From positions 58,917-122,916 of the forward strand of contig JBFLWQ010000001.1 of assembly GCA_040757775.1 (NCBI GenBank): a stretch of 64,000 bases of DNA. The letters run 5' to 3'. The notes under the pieces are model-generated. The model was given only the letters and a program-made list of their open reading frames with translations. It made no database searches and was not told the origin of the DNA. The stretch is from Thermodesulfobacteriota bacterium (GTDB lineage: Bacteria; Desulfobacterota; UBA8473). The translations under genes were made by a program, and so were the position numbers. Below, piece by piece: positions 48,822 to 57,908 of the stretch (the first letter of the stretch is position 1; each line of letters starts with the position of its first letter).

Positions 48822-49049
48822 ATGGCTTACGATCCGGACTTAGATAAGGTGGTGAAGGAGTTTACGCATGAGAATGGTCTCTGTGTATCGATAAACCGCT
48901 ACAATGGTGGAGACGAGAAGGTACAGATAGGACCAAGGGTTATTGGAAAGGGGACTATCGCCGAAAAAAAAGTGAAGGCTGGAAGGCTGTCTAAGGAAGA
49001 GTTTGAATGGGTTTGCTCATTGAGAGAGAAGATAGAGAAGTGTTTGTAG
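48822..49049 (+). CDS. hypothetical small protein
   Basis: ATG 48822 with RBS aaggagg (the track's TTG at 48783 rejected). Confidence 0.3.
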   Translation: MAYDPDLDKVVKEFTHENGLCVSINRYNGGDEKVQIGPRVIGKGTIAEKKVKAGRLSKEEFEWVCSLREKIEKCL

Positions 49050-49092
49050 TCATTGCAAACTGATTGCAGGATGATAGATGAAAGGAGACAAA

Positions 49093-50505
49093 ATGGCTAC
49101 AGGTGATAATTGGCTTGAGGTTTCAAGAAGTGGCCTCAGAGAGTTACAGGAAGGTAAGCCGAAGCACTTTATTGTCCGGGAACTTGTGCAGAACGCTTGG
49201 GATGAAAAGGTAACGTACTGCAAGCTGACCACAAGTTGGAATAAAGGTGTTGCTAAGATTGAGGTTGAAGATGATAGCCCGGAAGGATTCAGAGATTTAT
49301 CGGATGCCTTTACGTTGTTTTCCCATACATACAAGAGGTCTGATCCTGAGAAGCGTGGTAGGTTTAATCTTGGCGAGAAGGAAGTTCTAGCGATGTGTGA
49401 TTATGCCTTGATACGGACTACGAAAGGGACCCTAGTTTTTGATAATAACGGGAGGCATAGGTCTGGTCGAAAGCGGATAGCTGGTACGGTTATAATGGTA
49501 CATGTCAAGATGAAGAAGTTCGAGTACGATGATATGCTGAAGGCACTACGAAAGTACATGGTGCCTGATGGAATCAGGTTTAGTGTCAACGGAGAAGAGG
49601 TCTTGTATCGTCGACCGTTCAAGGTATTTGAGGCTACGCTTCCTACAGAATACGTAGTGAATGGTGTGTTTACAAGGACAAGAAGAAAGACTCGAATCCA
49701 TGTTATGCATCGTAACCCTGAAAGCGGTGCAATGTTGTATGAATTAGGAATCCCGGTCTGTGAGATTGAGTGTCTATACGACATTGATGTTCAGCAGAAG
49801 GTTCCGCTGTCAACCGACAGGAGTATGGTTCCCGAAAGCTATTTGTCAAACGTCTATGCGGAAGTGCTCAATGCGGTATACGAGGTTGTGCCTGAAGAGT
49901 GTGCATCTGAGCAATGGATTAGAGAGGCGATTGGGAATAGCAGAATAGGACGTGAGGCACTCAAGGATGTTATTGAAAAGAGATTTGGAGACAAGGTTGT
50001 AGTTGCCAACCAGTGGGATAGAACGTCTATTGATAGAGCTGTTTCGGAAGGATATAGAGTAATTAGGGGGCAGGATCTCTCAAAGGCTGAATGGACGAAT
50101 GTACATCAGTATGAACTGATTAAGTCATCGAGCGTTCTGTTCGGTACGAGGTTTGTAGGATTCACGGAAGTGGACCCCGATGATAACATGAGGAAGGTAG
50201 CCGAGCTTGCCCGAAAGATTGCGAAAGGATATCTTGGGGTGGATATTCTGGTTAAGTTTGCTCGATGGGAAGGGAATACAGGAGCAGAGTATGGCAATAA
50301 GGAGTTGTCGTTTAATGTTGCATGTCTTGGCGTGGGTTTTTTCAATCCACCACTGTCCGAAAAGGTAATAGATCTGATTGTTCACGAAATATGTCACGAG
50401 CGTGGTTTGCACACGCAGGCAAGTTATCATAATGCACTGACTGGGGTTTGTGGAATGCTGGTTATGATTGCTTTGAAGGAACCTGAATTCTTTGAAGTTG
50501 ATTAA
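49093..50505 (+). CDS. GHKL/HATPase-like ATP-binding domain protein with C-terminal HExxH motif
   Basis: ATG 49093 with RBS aaaggagac. N-terminus FIVRELVQNAWDE...IEVEDDSPEGF...GRFNLGEKEV matches a Bergerat-fold N-box/G1/G2 layout of the sacsin/HATPase_c_3 type; C-terminus LIVHEICHERGLH. Confidence 0.45.
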   Translation: MATGDNWLEVSRSGLRELQEGKPKHFIVRELVQNAWDEKVTYCKLTTSWNKGVAKIEVEDDSPEGFRDLSDAFTLFSHTYKRSDPEKRGRFNLGEKEVLAMCDYALIRTTKGTLVFDNNGRHRSGRKRIAGTVIMVHVKMKKFEYDDMLKALRKYMVPDGIRFSVNGEEVLYRRPFKVFEATLPTEYVVNGVFTRTRRKTRIHVMHRNPESGAMLYELGIPVCEIECLYDIDVQQKVPLSTDRSMVPESYLSNVYAEVLNAVYEVVPEECASEQWIREAIGNSRIGREALKDVIEKRFGDKVVVANQWDRTSIDRAVSEGYRVIRGQDLSKAEWTNVHQYELIKSSSVLFGTRFVGFTEVDPDDNMRKVAELARKIAKGYLGVDILVKFARWEGNTGAEYGNKELSFNVACLGVGFFNPPLSEKVIDLIVHEICHERGLHTQASYHNALTGVCGMLVMIALKEPEFFEVD

Positions 50506-50529
50506 ACAGATAGTAAAGGAGGTGAAAAG

Positions 50530-50778
50530 ATGTTTTGTAAAAAATCGGATCACCAGTACGCTGAGAAGGAATGCCCGCAGTGTGGACAGGAGTTTTGCTA
50601 CGCCTGTTGTAACGGGACAAACGTAGACCAGGAAGGAAATTATGACCCTGATTACATGAACTGTCCCTATTGTGGAGCAGACTACTACGGAGCAGATTAC
50701 TACACTCCTGTCCGTGATATAGCAGGGCAAATTGTAAACGGATTGCAAAAAAGCTCGGTACCCCACCCCAAACGTTAA
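50530..50778 (+). CDS. zinc-ribbon protein
   Basis: CPQCGQEFCYACC...CPYCGADYYGADYY; RBS aaggaggtg. Confidence 0.35.
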   Translation: MFCKKSDHQYAEKECPQCGQEFCYACCNGTNVDQEGNYDPDYMNCPYCGADYYGADYYTPVRDIAGQIVNGLQKSSVPHPKR

Positions 50779-50795
50779 AGGAAGGAGAATGAGAA

Positions 50796-51005
50796 GTGGA
50801 AATAACAAAAGAAGCAATGGAACAATATGAGAAAGTTAGGGCAAGCGGGATTTGTAATATGTTTGATATGAATTGTGTCGCTACGGTATCCAAGAAGCTG
50901 AAATTCAAAGAATTATACAAGATAGTTCAAAGCAGGAAAGAATATGGAAATTTATTGGAGAATTTCAGCGTTCTAATGAAAAAATATGGAATAAAACAGA
51001 GATAA
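50796..51005 (+). CDS. hypothetical small protein
   Basis: GTG start after RBS aaggaaggagaa. Confidence 0.3.
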   Translation: MEITKEAMEQYEKVRASGICNMFDMNCVATVSKKLKFKELYKIVQSRKEYGNLLENFSVLMKKYGIKQR

Positions 51006-51078
51006 GAGGTAAGCCCATGGTAAACCAAACATAGGGTGCAAAAATTTGCTAAGTATTTGATATTACGTCATTTTTTAT

Positions 51079-51107
51079 TTGACAACTAAATTTTTTTCTG
51101 CTAGAAT
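51079..51107 (+). promoter_or_regulatory. sigma70-like promoter P2 (TTGACA-17-TAGAAT), near-identical module to P1
   Basis: TTGACA at 51079-51084, 17-nt spacer, TAGAAT at 51102-51107; leader GAATCATAAACCACAAATCATAAGG parallels the P1 leader. Confidence 0.55.
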
Positions 51108-51154
51108 GAATCATAAACCACAAATCATAAGGCAATGGAAGGAAGGTGAGCGAA

Positions 51155-51568
51155 ATGGCATTGGTTAAGCAAACTGGAACATTGGAAGAAGTGGTTGATA
51201 ATGCAAGGATTGATATTGAAGAACTGCGTGATGAAATGGAAAGTTGGCGGGACAATATATCCGGGACTGGACTGGAATCTACCGAGAAGTATGAAAGAGT
51301 CGACGATACTGCTGATACACTTGATAGAATTGTTGATGCCCTGAATGATATTACATGGATGGATATTAGGGAAAGTGAGGTTAAGTTTCAAGTTGATCAA
51401 AGGAAAAAGGCTCCACGATGGCTTAGACTACAGAATTCGGTATCTGCTCTTAATGCGGCATCTGAGGTTATTGACAATATTATTGAAAACCTTAACGATA
51501 TTAAAGAGAGTCTTGATACTGCAGTCTCCGAGGCAGATGGTGTTGATTTCCCCACAATGTACGGTTAG
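51155..51568 (+). CDS. hypothetical acidic protein
   Basis: ATG 51155 with RBS aggtga; 137 aa. Confidence 0.3.
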   Translation: MALVKQTGTLEEVVDNARIDIEELRDEMESWRDNISGTGLESTEKYERVDDTADTLDRIVDALNDITWMDIRESEVKFQVDQRKKAPRWLRLQNSVSALNAASEVIDNIIENLNDIKESLDTAVSEADGVDFPTMYG

Positions 51569-51579
51569 GAGGTGCTTGA

Positions 51580-51945
51580 ATGGCAATGGATAAGGAAATA
51601 TGTGCCGAGTGTGGCAAAAGTGTGGCTCCTGGTTCGGGAAGGTTTGTTAATAGGATATTTGTATCAGATAATTATGAATATCGAAAAGAGATGGGATATC
51701 CATTCCCTGATGGAGAGCATATCTGTGAGGAATGCGAAGATGAGGTCTGTTGTGAAAGCAATGAGATGGAGGGGAACAGTGTTCGGGATGTAATGAAGGA
51801 TAGCATTAGAGAGGTTCTGGCGCAAAACTACAATATTTCCACAGAAGAGGTTGATACCGACCTCGTTGCTCATTTGGCTGATGAGGCGTTTCGTGTCTGT
51901 GGTATCGGCGATAAAGAGCAGGACGAACTCTGGAAGAAGGAATAA
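51580..51945 (+). CDS. zinc-ribbon protein
   Basis: CAECGKS...CEECEDEVC; RBS aggagg. Confidence 0.35.
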   Translation: MAMDKEICAECGKSVAPGSGRFVNRIFVSDNYEYRKEMGYPFPDGEHICEECEDEVCCESNEMEGNSVRDVMKDSIREVLAQNYNISTEEVDTDLVAHLADEAFRVCGIGDKEQDELWKKE

Positions 51946-51954
51946 GGAGGAGTC

Positions 51955-52566
51955 ATGGGATGGTATATAGAAATTAGTGGTACCGTAACTGGCTTATCTG
52001 AAAAAGCATGGCTGTTTATTCAAGATAAAGTTGAGAACAGATTCGAGACAGTAGAGTGGACACCTGAAAATGGTGGCACACTTGAGGTTGATACATATGG
52101 AAAATGGGATATGTTAAACGATAAGGATTTCTTGAAGATGTTGGCATTCTCTCTATCTGAAGGTGGTTGGGGGGAGTTTACGTTGAGTGACGACGATGGA
52201 AAGAGCTGTGTGTTCATTGGAGCCCCTACGAAGGATGATCCGTATGGAAAGGTTGTTGTTGATTTTGTCAGGGAAGTGTGGCCTGAAAATCCATTCCGAA
52301 AAGGAAGGCTCTTCGCTTTCACGCTAGAAGAGAGGAATGGAGAGCAAGAATACAGCTATGACCATCTGGTGAGGGCTGGTAGCATTGAAGAGGCAATACA
52401 AAAGGCTGAAGACTACGCTAGTAGGTTCTATGGGGTTGAGGGTGATGATGAAGATGGAGGGTATTACTTCTTTGGTGGTTGCCTGTTTGTTAAGGTAAGG
52501 GATGTCCGGGAGATGAACGAGAGCGACTGGTGTCTTGAGATGTACCGTAAGTGCTCGATTGATTGA
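51955..52566 (+). CDS. hypothetical protein
   Basis: RBS aaggagga + ATG; 203 aa. Confidence 0.3.
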   Translation: MGWYIEISGTVTGLSEKAWLFIQDKVENRFETVEWTPENGGTLEVDTYGKWDMLNDKDFLKMLAFSLSEGGWGEFTLSDDDGKSCVFIGAPTKDDPYGKVVVDFVREVWPENPFRKGRLFAFTLEERNGEQEYSYDHLVRAGSIEEAIQKAEDYASRFYGVEGDDEDGGYYFFGGCLFVKVRDVREMNESDWCLEMYRKCSID

Positions 52567-52596
52567 GGGGAATGGCATAAGTAAAGGAGGGGTGTA

Positions 52597-53016
52597 ATGC
52601 CAAGGATGAAGAAAGTTGTAGAAGAAATCCTTACGAACCATGGGCTGATAGATAAGTTTAGAAAGGATGAGTTTTTCCATGCAAGAATTGAAAGTCCTGG
52701 GTTTATGAGACTTGTGATTGAAAGATTGGGTGGAGGACGGGTATCTGTTGCTCACTACTACGAGCAGAACGGTGACCTCATGGCGGACCCTGACATCGTG
52801 TTTGATATGATGGATCATGATTGGGTACCAGTGGAGTACACACAGCATAATCTTGGGATTTATCAAAGAGTTGTACATGATAAAGGTGGTCAGGAGTTTG
52901 TAGACATAAAATTGCAGAAAAGTATTGCAAGTTTTGCGAATGGTCTATGGGCAAAGAACTTGAAACATCAAGGCTTCGCTGATCCTAAGCAATCAGTAGT
53001 AGCGGAGAGGTTGTGA
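52597..53016 (+). CDS. hypothetical protein
   Basis: RBS aaggagggg + ATG; 139 aa. Confidence 0.3.
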   Translation: MPRMKKVVEEILTNHGLIDKFRKDEFFHARIESPGFMRLVIERLGGGRVSVAHYYEQNGDLMADPDIVFDMMDHDWVPVEYTQHNLGIYQRVVHDKGGQEFVDIKLQKSIASFANGLWAKNLKHQGFADPKQSVVAERL

Positions 53017-53020
53017 GATT

Positions 53021-55138
53021 ATGGGAATAGAAAAGATAAGAGAGGAAATGAGGAAAGACTTTGTTGAACGGTCTGAGCTTGTTGATGGATGCCTTGTTGC
53101 TGTGTTGGCAAAACAGCACTTATTGATGATAGGTCCTCCAGGAACGGCTAAGAGTTTGCTCTGCAATGATCTCTGTCTCAGGGTGGATGGTGCCGTGTAT
53201 TTCCAGTGGCTACTCACGAAGTTCAGTACACCGGAAGAGATATTTGGGCCGATTTCGCTAAGCCACCTGGAGAAGGATGAGTACAAAAGGATAACTGCAG
53301 GGAAGTTACCGGAAGCTCATATTGGGTTCTTGGACGAAGCTCTTGACTTGGATACTCCACTAGCAACGCAGGAAGGATGGAGCACGGTAGGACAGGTTAA
53401 AATAGGAGATACGATCTTCGGAGCAAATGGAAGTCTAGTCAATGTAATAGGCATGACGGAGATAGCAGCAAATAGAGACTGTTATAAAGTGACTTTACAG
53501 AATGGAGAGTCTATTGTAGCTGATGCTGGGCATAACTGGCTATGTCGAAGAGGTAGAGGTCATCATAGGGTTCCTTTCAAGGTTAGAACGACTTTGGAAA
53601 TGGCAAATGAACTTAAGAAGAACGGATTCTTGCAGCTTCCACTTCCTAAGCCTGTCCAGCTACCGGAGCAAGACTTACCAATAGACCCGTATGTTTTAGG
53701 GCTATGGTTGGGTAATGGTAATTCGTGGAACGGTGAAATTTTAATGCGGAGAGAGTGGGCCGATGCTGCTCTAGCAGAGATACGGAAGTCACTGCCAAAG
53801 GCAAGAATAGTTGAAAGGGCAAATTGTTCCAAACAGTTGAGAACTATTTCCGTGGGAGATACTGGCTTACGATCCAAATTGGGAGATGCAGGATTGCTGC
53901 TTTCCAGAAGTGTTTACAGGGGGAGTGGCAAGAGCGTCCCGTTGGTATATTTACGTAGCTCGCTTGGTCAGCGCTTGCGATTAGTACAGGGGTTAATGGA
54001 TACGGATGGATATATGCAAAAGGGAGGAACATGTACGTTTAGCAATACGAATGAGAACATCGTTGACGGCATAGTTGAACTGCTTAATAGCTTAGGAATC
54101 AGGTGTTCAAAAAGGCTAACCAACGATAAAAGGGTAGGAGCTAAAGGGCGGCATAAGAGATGTTGGAAGGTAAATTTTAGGGCAACGCCGGGTATGCCTC
54201 CGTTTCTGGCTAGGAAAGTTTATATTCCCCCTTTGAAACAGCGACGCCATATCAGAGTTGTGTCTGTCAAAAAGGTAAAGTCACGTCCGGTAAGATGTAT
54301 TGCGGTTGACTCAAAGGATCATCTGTTTTTGGCTGGCAGAGTGATGGTGGTTACGCATAACTGTTTCAAGGCAAACTCGGCCATCCTGAATAGCTTACTG
54401 AGCATCGTAAACGAGCGTGTTTACCACAACGACTCGAAGCCAATGCCTGTTCCACTGTTCTCGTTGTTTGGTGCTAGCAACGAGTTACCCCATGGAGAGG
54501 AGCTTGGAGCACTGTACGATAGGTTTCTGCTTCGGTATGAGGTTGGATACATAGGAGAGGATTCAGGCTTCAAGGAGATGCTGCTGTTGGAAGAAAGACC
54601 TACGAAGGAGATGATGAGCCTTCAGGAGTTGGAAAAACTACAGGCCGAGGTTGTGAAAGTTGAAATCCATGATGATTTGATTGAAATGGTTATCAAGCTA
54701 CGTGGTGAATTGAAGAAGGAAGGTATCATCGTATCCGATCGTAGGTGGAAGCATAGCCTGACATGTCTTCAGGCGTTTGCACTGTTGAATGGGCGTAGCA
54801 AGGTTGTTGAAGAGGACCTTGAAATTCTACATCACATTCTGTGGTCGTACCCTGAACAGAAAAAGGTTGTAACCAGGATTGTTAACTCGATTGCAAATCC
54901 GTTGAACCAGAGAGCAATGGAAATATTGGACCAGGCTACCGAAATCTACAACGATGCAGTGGTTAATGGCACAACAGAGCTTGGGATCGAGGCAAATGCA
55001 AAACTGAAGAAACTAAGAGCTGAGATCGATAGTCTGATTAAGAACGCAACTGGTGGTATGACAAAGGCTGAAGAAGTACGAGAGAAGGTGAAGGAGTTCA
55101 ACAAGGTCATAGTCCAGAAGTGCCTCGGTCTCGAATAG
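53021..55138 (+). CDS. MoxR-type AAA+ ATPase interrupted by an intein
   Basis: Walker A MIGPPGTAKSLL; Walker B HIGFLDE, then a 341-aa insertion, then CFKANSAILNSLLSIVNER (MoxR sensor region). The extein is about 364 aa. Confidence 0.6.
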   Translation: MGIEKIREEMRKDFVERSELVDGCLVAVLAKQHLLMIGPPGTAKSLLCNDLCLRVDGAVYFQWLLTKFSTPEEIFGPISLSHLEKDEYKRITAGKLPEAHIGFLDEALDLDTPLATQEGWSTVGQVKIGDTIFGANGSLVNVIGMTEIAANRDCYKVTLQNGESIVADAGHNWLCRRGRGHHRVPFKVRTTLEMANELKKNGFLQLPLPKPVQLPEQDLPIDPYVLGLWLGNGNSWNGEILMRREWADAALAEIRKSLPKARIVERANCSKQLRTISVGDTGLRSKLGDAGLLLSRSVYRGSGKSVPLVYLRSSLGQRLRLVQGLMDTDGYMQKGGTCTFSNTNENIVDGIVELLNSLGIRCSKRLTNDKRVGAKGRHKRCWKVNFRATPGMPPFLARKVYIPPLKQRRHIRVVSVKKVKSRPVRCIAVDSKDHLFLAGRVMVVTHNCFKANSAILNSLLSIVNERVYHNDSKPMPVPLFSLFGASNELPHGEELGALYDRFLLRYEVGYIGEDSGFKEMLLLEERPTKEMMSLQELEKLQAEVVKVEIHDDLIEMVIKLRGELKKEGIIVSDRRWKHSLTCLQAFALLNGRSKVVEEDLEILHHILWSYPEQKKVVTRIVNSIANPLNQRAMEILDQATEIYNDAVVNGTTELGIEANAKLKKLRAEIDSLIKNATGGMTKAEEVREKVKEFNKVIVQKCLGLE
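53339..54361 (+). mobile_element. intein (341 aa) with LAGLIDADG homing-endonuclease motifs, Ala at position 1
   Basis: Starts FLDE|ALDLDTPLAT (block-A-like with Ala1); LAGLIDADG-like YVLGLWLGNGN and RLVQGLMDTDGYM; ends VMVVTHN|C (HN + Cys+1), inserted at Walker B. Confidence 0.55.
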
Positions 55139-55169
55139 AAAAAAAGAGGCTGTAGGTTTGTTGGAGAAG

Positions 55170-56672
55170 ATGATGGATAAAAATAATGGAGAGTTTGTAA
55201 TCAGAAATGATGCTTACGATAGGCTGTCCTTTGGTTCGATTAAGGAAGAGTCGAAAGAGTTGAAACGGCTTGAAGAGGATGGTAGTGCGTTCTTTTCGAC
55301 GTTCAGCCCACTCATGCAGGATTTCTACTCTGCGCTGTACAAGATAACACCACGGATGTCTGAGGAACTGTTTCCCGCATACGAGCTGAATAGGGTGCTG
55401 CTTGAGGAAGCCATGGGAACGCAAGAGTTTAGGAACCTAAAAGAATTTACGAAGCTTGATGATTTTAATTCTGCTATGGGGGTGCTAAGCGTTGGAGGCA
55501 AGGTGTTGTCGCAACTTCCCGAAGATGTCACTGATGAAACAAATATGATGATGAAAGCTCAGAGGTTTCTTGAAGGTATGATGACAGAAGTTGATAGCTT
55601 GGATGACCTATCAAGTCAGGCTAAAGGCAAGAAAAAGCAGAAGTACCATGGAATGATTGAAAACTTGAATAAGCAGATTAATGAGGTAGAAGCCTTAGTA
55701 AGAAATCATGGAGAGAAAATTGAAAAGTTACTCGATGGCAAAAAGGACGATATTAGACGAATAATGAGAAAGGTGTGTCAGGAAGCTATGAATGACGTGC
55801 AGGAGACATCTGAGTTCCTGGACACATGGGGGTCTGAGCCGGGTAAGCCTTGCCTGTTACCTGTTGACCAGAAGCTCGAATTGGGCAGGGAGATTATGAG
55901 ATCGAATAAGCTGAAACAGATTGCGAAGATAGCTGGACGATTTCAGAGGATTGCTTTGCATAAGCAGGCTACGAAGACGAAGCATGGAGTTGATGAGATA
56001 GTTGAGCTTGAAATTGGGAATGATCTTGGAAGAATTGTTCCTTCTGAACTGGTAAGGCTTGCCCACCCTATTCTTAAGATGGACTTCATGAGGAAGTACC
56101 ACGAACGACAGCTCTTGCAGTACCGAATGGAAGGAGTTGAAAAGAAAGGAAGAGGTCCGATAGTCTTCTGTTGTGATAGCAGTGGTTCTATGGAAGGAGC
56201 GAATGAGATATGGAGCAAGGCTGTTATGCTAGGGCTTTTGACTATTGCTCGCAAGGAAAAACGTAATATGGCTGTTATCCATTTTGGAAACAAGGATCAG
56301 ATTAAGACGTTCGAGTTTGTTAATGGACAGACTGACCCACATATTGTTGTTGAAGCTGCATCGTGGTTTTTCGGTGGTGGTACTGATTTTGAAGCTCCGC
56401 TTCATAAATCGATGGACTTGATCAGTCAATCTGAATGGAACAAGGCTGATATCGTATTCTGTACTGATGGTGAATGTGGTGTTAGCGAAGAGTTTCTTGC
56501 CGAGTATCTGGAGATTAAGAAAAGCAAGGAGTTTAAGTGCTTCTCGATTTTGCTCAATGTCGGTATTAACCCGAATAGCGATTACACACTGAAGTTGTTC
56601 TCTGATGATGTTGCGACACTGACGGATTTGTCAAGGGATGGTGAAGCAATTGATCTGGCGTTCACAATATAA
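55170..56672 (+). CDS. von Willebrand factor A (VWA) domain protein, MoxR partner
   Basis: MIDAS motif IVFCCDSSGSMEG in the C-terminal third; directly downstream of the MoxR ATPase. Start ATG 55170/55173 (the track's TTG at 55158 rejected). Confidence 0.6.
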   Translation: MMDKNNGEFVIRNDAYDRLSFGSIKEESKELKRLEEDGSAFFSTFSPLMQDFYSALYKITPRMSEELFPAYELNRVLLEEAMGTQEFRNLKEFTKLDDFNSAMGVLSVGGKVLSQLPEDVTDETNMMMKAQRFLEGMMTEVDSLDDLSSQAKGKKKQKYHGMIENLNKQINEVEALVRNHGEKIEKLLDGKKDDIRRIMRKVCQEAMNDVQETSEFLDTWGSEPGKPCLLPVDQKLELGREIMRSNKLKQIAKIAGRFQRIALHKQATKTKHGVDEIVELEIGNDLGRIVPSELVRLAHPILKMDFMRKYHERQLLQYRMEGVEKKGRGPIVFCCDSSGSMEGANEIWSKAVMLGLLTIARKEKRNMAVIHFGNKDQIKTFEFVNGQTDPHIVVEAASWFFGGGTDFEAPLHKSMDLISQSEWNKADIVFCTDGECGVSEEFLAEYLEIKKSKEFKCFSILLNVGINPNSDYTLKLFSDDVATLTDLSRDGEAIDLAFTI

Positions 56673-56698
56673 TAAACCACAATAGAGGAGGTAACAAG

Positions 56699-57625
56699 AT
56701 GGAGAAAAGATTTGAGCTAGAAAAGGTAAAAGGGCAGTATCAAAATTTCCCAAAGATTGGTGACATAGTCTGGTGGTCGTTAAGTAACATAAAGGTTAGG
56801 AGAGATGATATTGAGAATATGTTCAGGCAGGTTGGCCTCGGGGAAAACTACTTGCCGGCGGTAATAACGAATGATTCCGCTTACAGGAAGGCAATCAAGT
56901 ACAATCGAAAAGTATCTGATCCGCAGCTTCTCAGGTTGATCTTGGACGATAGTGACATAATCGTCCACGGCATTGTCAACGAAAAGGCCGATATGGAAAA
57001 CATGAACCTCGACTATGCGCTTGAGGCAAGGGTGTCTCTGGACAAAGGAACTGGAGTATTCCACAGTACGACTGAGACAGATAAAACCAAGAAGATCCAT
57101 GAAGACTATGACTTTTACATGCTGTATTACACAACGGATGATGTCAGGAGTATAGTCGTCCGGGTGATAAGGAGCCTGAACCCAACAGTAATCCGGGAAG
57201 GCGGTGGTGTCTACTTTGTGCCTGTTACGTATGAGGATACCGTCAAGAAACTTGAGCAGTTGATCCCAATGATGTCGTGGTCTTCTGTCGTGTATTCGCT
57301 CCCTATTATTGACACGGAGAAGACAAGGAAGAACATCTTTGCGGTTTATACGACCCAAGTTGAGAAGGAGATAGAAAGAGTTGTAGCTGAACTTGAAGGG
57401 TTCGATAACCCCACTGTTGATGTATTGAAAAACAGGGTTGAGAAATTTAATGCTATTCGTTTAAAGGCGGAAATGTACGAGGATCTGATAAAGATGTCAG
57501 CAGATGGGATTAGGTCCAGAATAGATTCGGCTGTTGATGCTGTGACGAAAATAATGTTGGGAACAAAAGGCGATGCGGAGCAATGTAGTCTCAGTATTGG
57601 CAACGTTGCAGGAGGAGCACTATGA
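56699..57625 (+). CDS. hypothetical protein co-transcribed with MoxR–VWA
   Basis: RBS gaggaggt + ATG; 308 aa; no motif recognised. Confidence 0.35.
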   Translation: MEKRFELEKVKGQYQNFPKIGDIVWWSLSNIKVRRDDIENMFRQVGLGENYLPAVITNDSAYRKAIKYNRKVSDPQLLRLILDDSDIIVHGIVNEKADMENMNLDYALEARVSLDKGTGVFHSTTETDKTKKIHEDYDFYMLYYTTDDVRSIVVRVIRSLNPTVIREGGGVYFVPVTYEDTVKKLEQLIPMMSWSSVVYSLPIIDTEKTRKNIFAVYTTQVEKEIERVVAELEGFDNPTVDVLKNRVEKFNAIRLKAEMYEDLIKMSADGIRSRIDSAVDAVTKIMLGTKGDAEQCSLSIGNVAGGAL

Positions 57626-57795
57626 CACTAGCCGAGATGGGGGAAAAGATACTTGCTAGCGATCTGGATGATGAAACGAAAGCTGAGTTGCTTGAGGTGT
57701 TGTGTGAGTATTCACGAAGGGCAAAGGAAGAATGGCATGGGTATGACGATAATTGTACATGCAAGGCGTGTCAGGCTGAACAGACTGGACCATAG
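57622..57795 (+). CDS. hypothetical small protein (not in ORF track)
   Basis: RBS ggagga, ATGA-type coupling; 57 aa, C-terminal CTCKAC. Confidence 0.3.
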   Translation: MTLAEMGEKILASDLDDETKAELLEVLCEYSRRAKEEWHGYDDNCTCKACQAEQTGP

Positions 57796-57893
57796 GGTTT
57801 TCTTACCGATGAAAATTCCTGACTCTAAATGACAAAACAAAGGAAAAACAGGAGGGTAAACTCTTACCCCCTACCCTACCATTCCCCCAACTT

Positions 57894-57908
57894 TGCAAAC
57901 GGTTTGCA
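57894..57908 (+). promoter_or_regulatory. perfect palindrome TGCAAAC-G-GTTTGCA upstream of the clamp gene (candidate operator)
   Basis: 7-bp inverted arms around a single nt; followed by TAGAATGAAAATAAG (57931-57945), a -10/leader resembling P1/P2. Confidence 0.35.
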
